The notes under the pieces: generated by a model
What the model was told of the DNA's origin: nothing
The model's input: the letters and a program-made list of their open reading frames with translations, nothing else
The model's database searches: none
Source of the DNA: Phyllobates terribilis
Lineage: Eukaryota
Length of the DNA stretch: 64,000 nt
Direction of reading: 5' to 3'
Assembly: GCF_046119375.1 (NCBI RefSeq)
Contig: NW_027362768.1
Location: forward strand, 145,390,001 to 145,454,000
Made by a program: the position numbers and the translations under genes
Shown: positions 23,430 to 34,896 of the stretch, in pieces
How the letters are laid out: each line of letters starts with the position of its first letter
Position numbering within the stretch: the first letter of the stretch is position 1

Positions 23430-24185
23430 GTAAGTGACTGAAAGAACTCAGTAGTTGCATTACATGTCTGGTTGTGGATGGTGCACACAGGTCATCAGCA
23501 GAGCTCGTGCACATCGGATTTGTCATCTCACATTGTAATATTTATTACGTATCCGAGTTAATTCAATACCTTATAAATAAAAGTACAGTAAAATCTCTGT
23601 AAATTTGCATCTAATAATCTTGAAAGTCTAATAATCCAGAACAGAACTAAGCTGGAAAGGTAAATTGCGGAGAGAGCCGGTAAGGAACTTTTTCTCTAAG
23701 TTATTGTTGCAGTTTTAGTGCTGAAGGCTTATTCCAATCTCGGTCTTTCATGTCTAGCTATGAGAATGGCTCTATGAAAATAACCGAGCATTACACTTTT
23801 TCCATGACTCCCATAAAAACATGGTTTCACTAACTCCTATTTATTTCTATGGGAGTTACACAGAGAGCCTAATGCAGCTGCGCTCATAGTTTCGCCCTTC
23901 GGTGGCTGCATCTGTGCACAGTTATTCCCATCTCAGACATGTATACACATTAGACAGCTAAACCATGACCGGCATCGATCTCTCCTGACTTCCCCATACA
24001 CAGGAGCGGCCGCGCGCCTCCTGACCCCGAGTGTGACAGCCGCATAGAAATATATGAAGCTGTCACACTTGTTGTCGGGAATTAAAGGTCTATAAGTAGG
24101 AGTCTTTTTCATGCTCCGCTTTGTCTGAATGCTCTCCGCCACATCGGTCTTGTAATGTTTCTCTTTTGCCTTTTCTCATATTCAG

Positions 24186-24263
24186 GCTGAAGACAGCGAG
24201 CGTTTTAAGACTATAGTGGAATTTGAGTGTCGGGGTCTGGAACCGGTCGATTTTCAACCTCAG
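24186..24263 (+). CDS. czib: czib exon 6 (AEDSERFKTIVEFECRGLEPVDFQPQ)
   Basis: Conserved FECRGLEP motif; AG/GT boundaries. Confidence 0.96.
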
Positions 24264-25872
24264 GTACCTTTTTAATCACTGGGTTTCGCTAACATAAAGC
24301 TACCATCATGCTGACTCAAAGCGACAATGTTACCTTAAAGGGGCCTTAGAGTACAAGTCTGACTTCATGTATGCAAACCGTATACTTGCGGTCACACCGG
24401 AGGATCCTGACAGCGCGCACACTGTGCTCGGTGAGGATTCACAAGTCTGCAGTCACATATAGTGACAGCAGACTTGTACCCTAATACCGGACAACCCCTT
24501 TAATTTTCTGCTTAACTCCTCTCCAAACTTTCTGCATAGTGATCATATGCTGGCTGTTTGCAGCCACCACTAGAGGGAGCTGTCTGCATAGCTTTATATA
24601 TGCAGTATTACAGGATGCAGTCAGCTCCCATATTAAATCTATGTCTGTGCAAAAAGATTTGGATCTCAGTGTCAGAAAAACAGAGGTCCCACCATCTTCA
24701 TGCAATTTTGCATCAAAATGCATGAAAAAATCAGGTATTTGGCTGAAAGTCTGACTTAAACAGAACCTGAGATGCATAAAAGCTGCCAAAAATACAAGTT
24801 TTGCACACGCAGAGTTCATACGTTGTGGTGCAGATGCCGGTAAACATTCAGGACACAGAATAAATATCCAGATTAGGTGCAAGGTGTAGAATAAAAAAGA
24901 GACTCCTATATGGGATGATCGGATGCCACATATAGTCCCTGATTAGTAAGTGGGGTGATAACCCCTTTGGTTTACTAAGACAGTAAAAGACTTGTGGCGC
25001 AGTCAGACGGCCATATAACACGGACGATGATCCCAACACAATGCTAGGACTGGCCAGCGAGTCTCCTGACCCGACATGACCACATGTATTTCTAATCAGC
25101 TGTCACGGTCGGGTGGTGAGAACCACCGTCCAATCTGAGCACTGCGTTCGTCGTCCGTGTTATACGGCCGTCTGACTGCGTCCTTAAATCTATTTCTTAC
25201 TAATGTCACTTGTAGACCCCCCCATCATATTCCCACCCCTTTCTTCTCATCCAGCTGACACCTATCCATCCTGACCACATCGTGCATGCACTTTCAAAAT
25301 GGAGAGGAGATGGGGATTCTGGCAGCAACTTCCATGGGAATAAAAGAATTGGCCATGTTGAAATCCAAACTGCAGAACTCTTCTTTCCGATGATATCGGC
25401 ACATTGGATGGTCATCTGATCCTGCAAATATTAGCCAGATTGGGTGTTTTTTTTTTTAAATAAAACTATTTGTGGTCCTCTTTTGCTGCGGGAATAGCGA
25501 TGATTGCTGTTTTTTGCACCTTTTAAGTCCATGTGCTGTAATCCCTTTATTAGATTACAGATTAGTCACGGCTCTATTACCGCCCAGGTCTGATGTAACT
25601 GATTACTGTCTATTATGTAAAGCGGAACACTCACCGGGATTGCCAATCAATATATCCGAACCGAGTTACACAACGTCATTGATGCGTTACCAGATGGTCC
25701 CATATGTAATGGCGGATACAATCACGCTTACTGCGGATGTCACATTGTGTTATTATTAATGCAAATGGGCAATGACACATTGATCTATTGATGGACTGAA
25801 CAGAAGAGAAAACAACAAAAAATCCATATATCTGTGTATATGACTGCTGCTCTTTTTATTATCCTCCTGCAG

Positions 25873-25938
25873 GCCGGATTTGCTGCTGAAGGGGCAGAAA
25901 CTGGGACACCATTCAATGACATTAACCTGCAGGAAAAG
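25873..25938 (+). CDS. czib: czib exon 7 (AGFAAEGAETGTPFNDINLQEK)
   Basis: AG/GT boundaries, phase 0. Confidence 0.95.
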
Positions 25939-26463
25939 GTTGGTGTTTTGGGGCAAATTTACTAAAAACATTGTGCAAGATAGGCTAAGTGCACATTGCA
26001 TCTGATCCTAGTGTACGACACAATGCACACGCGGCCACACTCTGGATGGAGACTGCAGCACTCGTCCTCCGGAGAAGAAAAATCCTATTCCATATAGTCG
26101 GCTGTACTTTCCTATAGTTAAAAGGATGATCAGGTTGGAAGAAGTTATCACCTATCCATAGATATCCGACAGATGTTTGTTTGCATATCGTTTAGTTAAA
26201 GGGATTCTCTGATTGGAACAAGTTACACCTATTCATTAGATAGAATAAGTATCACCTATCATTTTGGCCACTAGGACCCCCACCAATCACTAGGACAGCA
26301 CACTTTTATCCCCATTAGAATGGAGCTTCAGTGCGTATGCTGGACGCGCCGCTCCATTCATTCTCTATGGAACTGCAAAAGAAAGTCAAATAGAATGCTT
26401 GACTGTCCCATAGAGAATGAATGGAGCTGTCGGTCCAGCATACTCACTGACGCTCCAGTCTAA

Positions 26464-26526
26464 TCCTCGTTAGTATAGTGGTTCATATCACCACGGGAGA
26501 CCAGGATTCGATTCCCCAACGGGGAG
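26464..26526 (+). pseudogene. tRNA-Asp(GTC)-derived pseudogene lacking the anticodon loop
   Basis: TCCTCGTTAGTATAGTGGT...GGGAGACC.GG.TTCGATTCCCC.ACGGGGAG. About 9 nt including GTC are deleted, there is no CCA, and T6 follows at 26536-26541. Confidence 0.85.
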
Positions 26527-26541
26527 GCAAATTAATTTTTT

Positions 26542-26833
26542 GGACAGCACGGTGGCTAAGTGCTTAGCACTGTATGGTGGCTCAGTGGTTAGCACTGTTG
26601 CTTTGCAGCGCTGGGTTTAAATCCCACCAAGGACAACATCTGCAAGGAGTTTGTATGTTGCCCTGGTTTTTGCGTGGGTTTCCTCCGGGTTCTCCGGTTT
26701 CCTCCCACATTCCAAAGACATACTGATAGGAAATGTAGATTGTGAGCCCCAGTGGGGACAGAGATGATAATGTCTGTAAAGTGCTGTGGAATTAATGGTG
26801 TTATATAACTGAGATAAATAAATAAATAAAAAA
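26542..26833 (+). mobile_element. tRNA-derived V-type SINE with duplicated head and L2-like tail
   Basis: GGTGGCTCAGTGGTTAGCAC A-box, GGGTTTCCTCCGGGTTCTCCGGTTTCCTCCCAC central domain, (AAAT)n tail. Confidence 0.85.
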
Positions 26834-27646
26834 TGCCCCGTTCTAGTGATCAGTGGTTGGACCCCCCCACCGATATAGAAGGTATCGCCTATTTTATTGA
26901 TAGATGTAACTTTTTCCAACAAAACACCCCTTTAACTAAATGATAACCATGCGAATATCAACCAGAGACATTTTAGCATACGATGTGACCTTTTTACGGT
27001 GAACACCTTCCGATAAGCGCACACTGTGGAAATCGTCTTACCTACTCAACCTTATAATCAGTGGAACAATCAGAGGAAAAGTATAATAGAAACACGTCAC
27101 CACTTCTGTATTTATCACCCACTCCTGGTTATGGCTTACAAATACTGATGTAAAATACTGACCAAATACTGAACATGTGAACGTGACCTAAGACCTTATC
27201 TGAAAATTGATCCCAAGATGAGAACCTCTATAGGTAATATAAAATCTGTACGATTCATATAATACGCACTCTTGTAGACCAACTAAAGTATTCCTATTGT
27301 GTTAGAAAACTGTGGACATGGTCTGGTGACAGATCATTAGTACTTGTTGATAGGGGTTCGGGGGCTGATCCCCCGCAAGATTGGTAAAATGAAGGGGCAG
27401 CAATCCTTCACTTAGCGTTGTGCCTCTTCAGCGTTGGCTCTCCTTAGAGCCCAGACTCGTATACTTTCTCTTGATCTGTATACCTCAGAAAAAAGTTGTA
27501 GGGGTCCAGTGCCCAGCTGTGAGCTGCGATCCCTTTATTTTAGCATTCGGAGGGGGTCTCGGCCCCTGGACCCACAACTTCTGACATGTCACTAAATGCC
27601 AAATGTTTCACACGTACGTTTCACCATTGACTACGTTCTCCCATAG

Positions 27647-27724
27647 GACTGGACGGACTATGATGAGAAGGCACAAGAGTCTGTGGGGATCTACGAGGTG
27701 ACGCATCAGTTCAAGAAGTGCTAA
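27647..27724 (+). CDS. czib: czib exon 8 (DWTDYDEKAQESVGIYEVTHQFKKC*)
   Basis: Conserved C-terminus, TAA 27722-27724. Exon sum 483 nt = 160 aa + stop. Confidence 0.96.
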   Translation, partial: DWTDYDEKAQESVGIYEVTHQFKKC

Positions 27725-28023
27725 CGCCGTCCTGGTTATATATATTTTGTCAGAAATTATTACACTCAAACTCTTGTTACACATCCACTATGGACATTGT
27801 CAAAACTTTTACATTCATCTCTACAAGTTATAAATGTACATAACTGATGTATCTGATTACTGCAAATATTTAACGCAAAAATCAAAAACCTTTCAGCTGT
27901 TTTTTTTTCTTATGAGTGTGCATGCAGGCATGGAAATATGGCCGATTGTTCTAGGTATCCTTAGTTACGACCACTAGTAACTAACTCACTGTCACTATAT
28001 GAGTGGTCGTAACCATGGATATG

Positions 28024-28162
28024 TAAGCAGCTGCAATGCCCTGCACATGGGGTAAGCGACATACCTTATCTAAGCTACTACAATGCCCTGCACACTGGTA
28101 AGTGACATAGTTAATCTAAGCTGCTACAATGCCCTGCACATGGGGTAAGCGACATAGGTTAT
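28024..28162. repeat. ~47-bp tandem repeat x3
   Basis: CAATGCCCTGCAC at 28034, 28081 and 28127. Confidence 0.8.
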
Positions 28163-28880
28163 CAGAACTATACTACATTTCTAATTGGAGGTATTTGCTG
28201 ATATTCTATCTACTACATATTGGGATAGGATCTTGGAATACCCCTTTAACCGGTTCAGGACCGCCCACTGTACATAAACGTCGGCGCTGCCTGGGCTCTG
28301 TGCAGCGCCGACGTTTAAAAACGGTGGGTGGTCCTGCAGAGCTCAGGACCCCCAGGGTCCTGCAAGCGCTGTGGTTCCAGTGCAGAGCGGTAGCTCTGAC
28401 ATGTGACATCATGGGGACCTGATCCAATCTTCTAGATGCCGCGATCCATAGCGATTGTAGCATTTAAAAGATAGTGACAGCCGGTGGTTGGTGATCGGGA
28501 CCCCCACGTACCTTAACAGCGAGGGGATCCCGGTGCAGAGCGCTTGCTGTGACCTCTGACCTCATCAAGACCTGATTGGCTCAGGTCTTGATGATGTCAG
28601 CGTCACACCAGCCAATCAGAGAGATCACTGGGGAAGTTTGTTGTAGCAACAAACTTTCCCGGGCGATCTGCCTGATAACTACACTGTTTCTCCTCAGATC
28701 TCAGTGAGAGAGCAGAGGAGAAACACTGTGACAAGAGCTGTATCAGTCTTGCCACTGTGACATAGTAAAAAAAAAAAAAAAAGGAAAGTTAGAGTTAGGC
28801 TAAAGTTAGGGTTAGCTCAGGGTTAGGGTTAGCCTTAGGGTTAGTCAGTCCCGTCAGTCAGTCCAGTCAGTCAGTCCCGA

Positions 28881-29347
28881 AAAACAAAAACAGTTGGAGC
28901 GCCAACGGTGAAGAGCCTGAGGTTTGGGGTGGGGAGAAGGGGGAGATGTTGTGACCTCTCACCTGGTCCTGTTGTGCCGAGGAGCCCCGCACAAGGGAAA
29001 ACGCTTCCAGGTGGAAGTCTGTATGATGACTGCAGCTTAGTAGGAACGGCTATAGGGAGTTTGTCTGCTTCAGCGGTCACATGACCAGGACCGTGTGACC
29101 GAAGTGGGTGTTCCACAATGACGTCACGGCAGGTCCTGTAGTGAGCTAGTTGTAAACAGAGCAGCTTCCACCGCTCTCCACAGGGGAGATCAGCAATCAA
29201 GAAAGAAGGAATTGTGCGGTGTTAGTGAAGCGCTAGAACAACTAGACAGGGAATTGAGGTTATAAAACACAAACCTTTTATGGTTTAATACGCTCTTTAA
29301 TGCCATGACGCGTTTCAGTAGCAGAAACTATCTTCCTCAGGTAGTCG
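28881..29347 (-). mobile_element. Penelope-like fragment inserted in the piggyBac 5' region
   Basis: Flanked by GTCAGTCCCGA (28870-28880, 29348-29358; low-complexity context). Carries a hammerhead-like core at its minus-strand 5' end. Confidence 0.5.
29303..29344 (-). ncRNA. Decayed minimal type-I hammerhead-ribozyme-like motif
   Basis: Minus strand reads CTAC-CTGAGGA-AGATAGTTTCTGCTACT-GAAACGCGTC-ATGG. Core intact, stems I and II imperfect. Confidence 0.45.
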
Positions 29348-29452
29348 GTCAGTCCCGACAGTCCAGTCCAATCATGTCAGTCCAGTCCCGTCCCGCCCCA
29401 TCAGTCCAGTCCGGTCAGTCCCGTCCGGTCAAAAAATATAAAAACAAATAAA

Positions 29453-31252
29453 ATGGTCCGTCAGACTTATACCGCAGAGGAGGCGTATGCCCTGCTATGT
29501 TCTGACAGTGACAATCTCAGATGGAGATGTGGCTTTTGAGGGCTTTAGTAGCGGCGACAGTGAGAGCTCAGAAATGAGCAGTGATTCTGTTCCATCCTCA
29601 AGCTCAAGGACCAGTACAGCAATAGGTGCAAATAGCGCTACTGGAGAAACGTCTCCAAATCAGGGAACACTGGCCAGTACAAGCGCTGTCCCTGCTACTA
29701 GTGAATTGGCGCACGCCAGTGTACAAAGGGCTCTGCCACTTGATATAGCATTTCCCAGATGGGAGGCTTCGGATTCGGCTGCTCCATTCAGCCTTGATTT
29801 CAACGCCACTCCTGGTATAAATGTGGAGGTGGAAGATTTTGGACCAATTAATTTTTTTAATTTGTTTTTTACAGACAGCTTGTTAGAGCATATTGTTGTG
29901 CAAACAAATTTATACGCGTCCCAATTCATAAGCCAGAATCCCCGATCTTACTATGCTAGGGCAAATTTATGGACATCAACTAATGTCCCGGAAATAAAAA
30001 AAATTTTAGGACTTACATTTGCCATGGGGCTTGTTAAAAAACCGAGCATTCAATCCTACTGGTCCAACCACCCTGTTCAAGCCACCCCTATGTTTTCCGT
30101 CATTCTTCCTAGGACCCGTTATGAAATGCTCATGCGGTTTTGGCATTTTAACGACAATAGTCAATGCCTGCCCAGAAATGCCCCAGAACATGACAGATTA
30201 TATAAAATCAGACCCATCATTGAAAAATTTGTCAGAAAAATTCTTAAGCCTCTACACCCCAACACAAAATATTTCTATAGATGAGTCCCTTGTAAAATTC
30301 AAAGGAAGACTGCCCCTCAAGCAATTTATCCCATCTAAGAGGGCAAGGTTCAGAATAAAGCTCTATAAAATGTGTGAAAGTTCAACCGGATACACATCCG
30401 CTTTTCGCATATATGAGGGGAAAGATGGCCAACTAAACCCACCAGGATGCCCTACTTATCTGGGGACATCTGGAAAAATTGTTTGGGAGATAAGTCCATT
30501 TTTTACAAAAAGGCTACAATCTGTATGTGGACAATTATTACACCAGCATACCCCTATTTAAAAGTCTGGTTGAAAACAACATCGGAGCTTGTGGGACCAT
30601 TCGTAAAAACCGTCAGGGGTTTCCACAACCATTGGTCAATCAAAAGTTCCAAAGGGGGCAGTCAGGGGCTGTACGCAATGGAGAGCTGTTTGCCCTTAAG
30701 TATAGGGATAAGAAGGATATTTTTGTCCTCAGCTCGATCCACACAGATGCCACAAGGGCCACTGTAGAACTAGGATCCACCACTCCGAAGCAAAAACCTG
30801 TGTCAGTCATTGACTACAACAAACACATGGGGGGTGTGGACCTTGCAGACCAGGTTCTACAGCCATACCAGGTATCAAGAAAGTCCTATACCCGGTATAA
30901 AAAGTGTGTTATTTATTTGTTTCAGGTGGCCACATACAATTCTTTTGTGTTGTACAAAAAAGCAGGAAATTCAGATACTTTTCTTGATTATCAAGAAAAG
31001 GTAATTGAAAATCTTATTTTTGATGAAGCCCGGCTCATCCGTTCTGAGGATGTGAAAAGACTCACTCAGCGACATTTTATTGCACTTATTCCAGCAACAG
31101 AAATGAGAAGGAATCCCCAGAAAAGATGTTGTGTATGTACTAAGAGAGGAATAAGGCGTGATACCCGCTACTATTGCCCACAATGCCCATCATTGCCAGC
31201 CTTATGCGTCACTGACTGCTTTAAAATCTTCCACACAGAACCACGTTTTTAA
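29453..31252 (+). pseudogene. piggyBac (PGBD4-like) transposase, three frameshifts
   Basis: MVRQTYTAEEAYALLCSDSD start. Catalytic-Asp motifs IDESLVKFKGR, MDNYYTS and YNKHMGGVDLAD, plus a C-terminal Cys-rich domain, spread over ORFs in three frames. Confidence 0.92.
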
Positions 31253-34200
31253 ACTGTAAAAATGTATCCCAATTTGTCATTCAAACATTTGGTTCATTTA
31301 GTGAATGACACATTCGAGTAGAGCTCACTTAATTTCCAGGGGTTTCCTCTGTTTAGGCACCTCAGGGGCTCTCCAAATGCAACATGGTGTCCGCTATCGA
31401 TTCCAGACAATTTTGCATTCCAAAAGTCAAATGGCGCTCCTTACCTTCCGAGCCATGCCGTGCGCCCAAACAGTGGTTTTGCATCACATATGGGGTATCA
31501 GCATGCTCAGGAGAAATTGTACAACACATTTTGGGGTCCATTGTTTCTTGATGCCCTTGTGAAAATTAAAAATTTGAGGCTAAAGTAGCAGTTTTGTGTT
31601 AAAAATGTGTTTTTTTATTTTCACACTTCAACATTATAAAATTCTGTGAAGCCCCTGGGGGTTCAAGGTGCTCACCACACATCTAGATATGTTCCTTGAG
31701 GGGTCTAGTTTCCAAAATGTGGTCACTTGTTGGGGGTTTCCTCTGTTTAGCACCTCAGGGGCTCTCCAAATGCAACAAGGCGTCCGCTATCGATTCCAGA
31801 CAATTTTCCATTCCAAACAATTTTCCATTCCAAAAGTCAAATGGCGCTCCTTACCTCCCGAGCCATGCCGTGCGCCCAAACAGTGGTTTTGCACCACATA
31901 TGGAGTATCAGCGTGCTCAGGAGAAATTGTACAACGCATTTTGGGGTCCACTTTTTCCTGTTACCTTTGCAAAAATTAAAAAATATTGGGTCTAAGGTAA
32001 ATTTTTGTGAAAAAAAGTTAAATGCTAATTTTTTTCCTTCCATGTTGCTTCAGTTCCTGTGAAGCACGTGAAGGGTTAATAAACTTCTTGAATGTGGTTT
32101 TGAGCACCTTGAGGGGTGTCGTTTTTTAGAATGGTGTCACTTTTGGGTATTGTCTGTCATATAGACCCCTCAAAGTGACTTCAAATGTGATGTGGTCCTA
32201 AAAAAATGGTTTTGTGAATTTTGTTGGAAAAATGAGAAATCGCTGGTCAACTTTTAACTCTTATAGCTCCCTAATAAAAAAAAAAATTTTGGTTCCAAAA
32301 TTGTGCTGATGTAAAGTAGACATGTGGGAAATGTTATTTATTAACTATTTTGTGTGACATATCTCTCTGATTTAAGGGCATGAAAATTGCGAAATTTTCG
32401 CCAAATTTTCAATTTTTTTCATGAAAAGTTTACCGCTATCATGAAGTACAATATGTCACGAAAAACCAATCTCAGAATCAGGGGAATCCTTTGAAGTGTT
32501 CCAGAGTAATTACCTCATAAAGTGACTGGTCAGAATTGTAAAATTTGGCCCTATCATGAAGGTGAAAACAGGCTCTGGTGTGAAGGGTTTAAAGAGCAAG
32601 TGCAGCATTCCCTTCATTGCCTACTAAGCATTTTATCAATGCATAATATGGTGCCCTAATAATTATTTGGGACTGTGGATGAGGTCATAGAGGAGCTTCA
32701 CTAATAAAACACTGATGTTCTTAGTCATCATTTTACCATACACATCAGCCAAATCCGCCATTGTCGACAGGTTCTTCCGACAGGCTAAAGTGCATAGAAA
32801 ACCGCAATTTCGGACTGCTGATCCTCTGTAGTCTAAGATATAAGCCGCCGCTGCCAGAGATGTGTGGCAGCAGCTCTTTCACAAAGAACACTGGAGACAC
32901 GAGAGACAAGTCATGATAATCTTCTGGCCGAACGATCATTTGCTCGACAGGTATCTAAGGTGGCGACAGTATCTCAATCATTAATAATTGGTGACACAGG
33001 CACATTGTGAGTGTTGTATTGAACAACCAAATAACATCAGATTAATTACGGTATAATTAAAGTGCTTTACTTCAGTAGTTTCCATTTTTAGACTTTTCTT
33101 TGAAGATAACAGGAGATGATGTCGATCAGATGGTCAGAGCCATGACATTCTTCATGAATATCCAACTGTATCTGATCACAATCAATCAGAATCTAACACA
33201 TGTAATGGATGTTTCAGATTGCAATAAAATCCATAGTTGCGTATTGAGCTCATTAAAGGAAACCCGTCAAGAGGTTTTTACAACTGGAACTAGTTGTCCG
33301 GCTGTATAGGGCTTAGTACAAGAATAAATAGGATACCTCTGTTACAGTAATCAATGTTCCTGCACTTGGAAATCAAACTTTGACTCCACATGCAAATTAG
33401 CCTGGAAATGCATTGGGGGCGTGTCAATAGCCTGCGTACATCACCACACCCTCAATGCTCTTAACAGGCTAATTTGCAAGTGGCTTTAAAGCTTGATTTC
33501 TCAGTGGTGCCATGCTGATTTACTACAAATCTGGTATAATATTCATTGTTGCTCTAGGACTACAGATGAGAGAACCCACACTGTAAAGTTCGGGGTTCGT
33601 AGTGGCCGGTGCTGAACTCCAAACACAAACTTCTCCCGAAAGTCCGTTTCAGTATTCGGAGTTCCGGGAGACATTTTCCAGCTCCAACGTTCAGGTCCCC
33701 ATTGATTTCTATAGGGTTCAAGTTCAAGATCTGGTACCCAAACCGAACTTTGGACTAAAGTTAGGTCGAACTTGACTAACCCGAACTTACACTGGTCCAC
33801 TCATCCCTATCTAGGACCTCTCCAGCCATGGCACTGGCAAAAACATCCCAAAAGGTTCCCTTTAATCTTTTTTTTTTTTAGGGTATGGTCACAGAGGGTT
33901 TTTTTTTTAAGGAGGTTTTAGAACAGGGAAGTCTCCAAATCACCCTAAAAAAAAAAAAAAAAAACACTTCTCAAAACATTTGGAAGTTTCCATTCAGTTT
34001 CTGTTCTAAGCAAACCAACCACTGCTGTTTGCTAATAAATTGCTTGCTCATTACTGGGTTTCGTTCACACTTTTTTTTTTTGCTCAACATTTTTTGCTGC
34101 AATTTAGAAAATGCAATGTGAACACAGCCTTAATGCCAGAAAATAAACCGTTAATTAAAAATATTCTGTGGATTATATCCACCTTGAGAGTTACTATTTT

Positions 34201-34383
34201 TGATGGGACTTTCAGCTCCCGTAATAATCCAGAACACTGCATCATATACACATTTCCACATATATAAAAATTGTTACGTCTGTGGCCAATTCATCTACAT
34301 TGTACAATCTCAGCTCCGAGTACAGAGGTAAGAAAATGAAAAGAGGCAATTAAATCATAAAGTCTCCGGCAGTCGGGGCGTCA

Positions 34384-34715
34384 TTATTTATTCACACGTT
34401 TGTCTTCCAGTACTTTGAAAATATCCTCCAAGGATTGGTGCACACACTGCACAAACTGCTTCACGTCACGCGTTGGATAGGCAGATACGTTGCAACCAAT
34501 CCAGTCATCATGGACGCCGTAGCCCACACCAAAACCATCAGGGACCACTGGGGCAAAGCCTCCGAGCTGCACCGCGGGGCTGGTCAGGGTGCTGGTAGAC
34601 AAGACGTTGTGATTAATCCGTGCATAGGCCGGATCCTGGAATAGGTCTGGAACATTCATGCCCTGGCCGGCTGCCAGGTATCTTAAGGCAAAGAGGTGTC
34701 TGTCAAAACCCTGAC
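34384..34715 (-). CDS. cpt2: Carnitine palmitoyltransferase 2, last coding exon (332 nt)
   Basis: [11 protein letters not shown]...STSTL...[15 protein letters not shown]; acceptor AG at 34717-34716; TAA at 34386-34384. Confidence 0.97.
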
Positions 34716-34896
34716 CTGCAAAAAGGGGAAAGAAAAAAGTCAAAAAATAAATGCAGCAATAACAATCACAGACATCTGGCCAAAACTTTAGATTGGACAG
34801 TTTTATTAGCTCCTTCATGAAATGGCGATTTTCCCTTCTTCCAAAAGAAATAGCCTTATAGATGTAGTTTTGAAAGACACCATTCATTTTACCATA

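Larger units (their letters stand above)
26196..26935. mobile_element. TTAA-flanked MITE hosting the tRNA/SINE insertion
   Basis: TTAAAGGG...CCCCTTTAA. The right arm is interrupted at ~26463 and resumes at ~26834. Confidence 0.65.
28246..32592 (+). mobile_element. piggyBac DNA transposon, apparently full length, defective
   Basis: TTAA 28246-28249 then CCGGTTCAGGACC; right end GTGTGAAGGGT|TTAA 32589-32592. Contains a transposase remnant and ~395-bp internal tandem repeats at ~31335-32130. Confidence 0.85.

Noticed and set aside
26464-26526. Functional tRNA-Asp gene
   Set aside because: Anticodon loop deleted and B-box altered; cannot fold as a tRNA.
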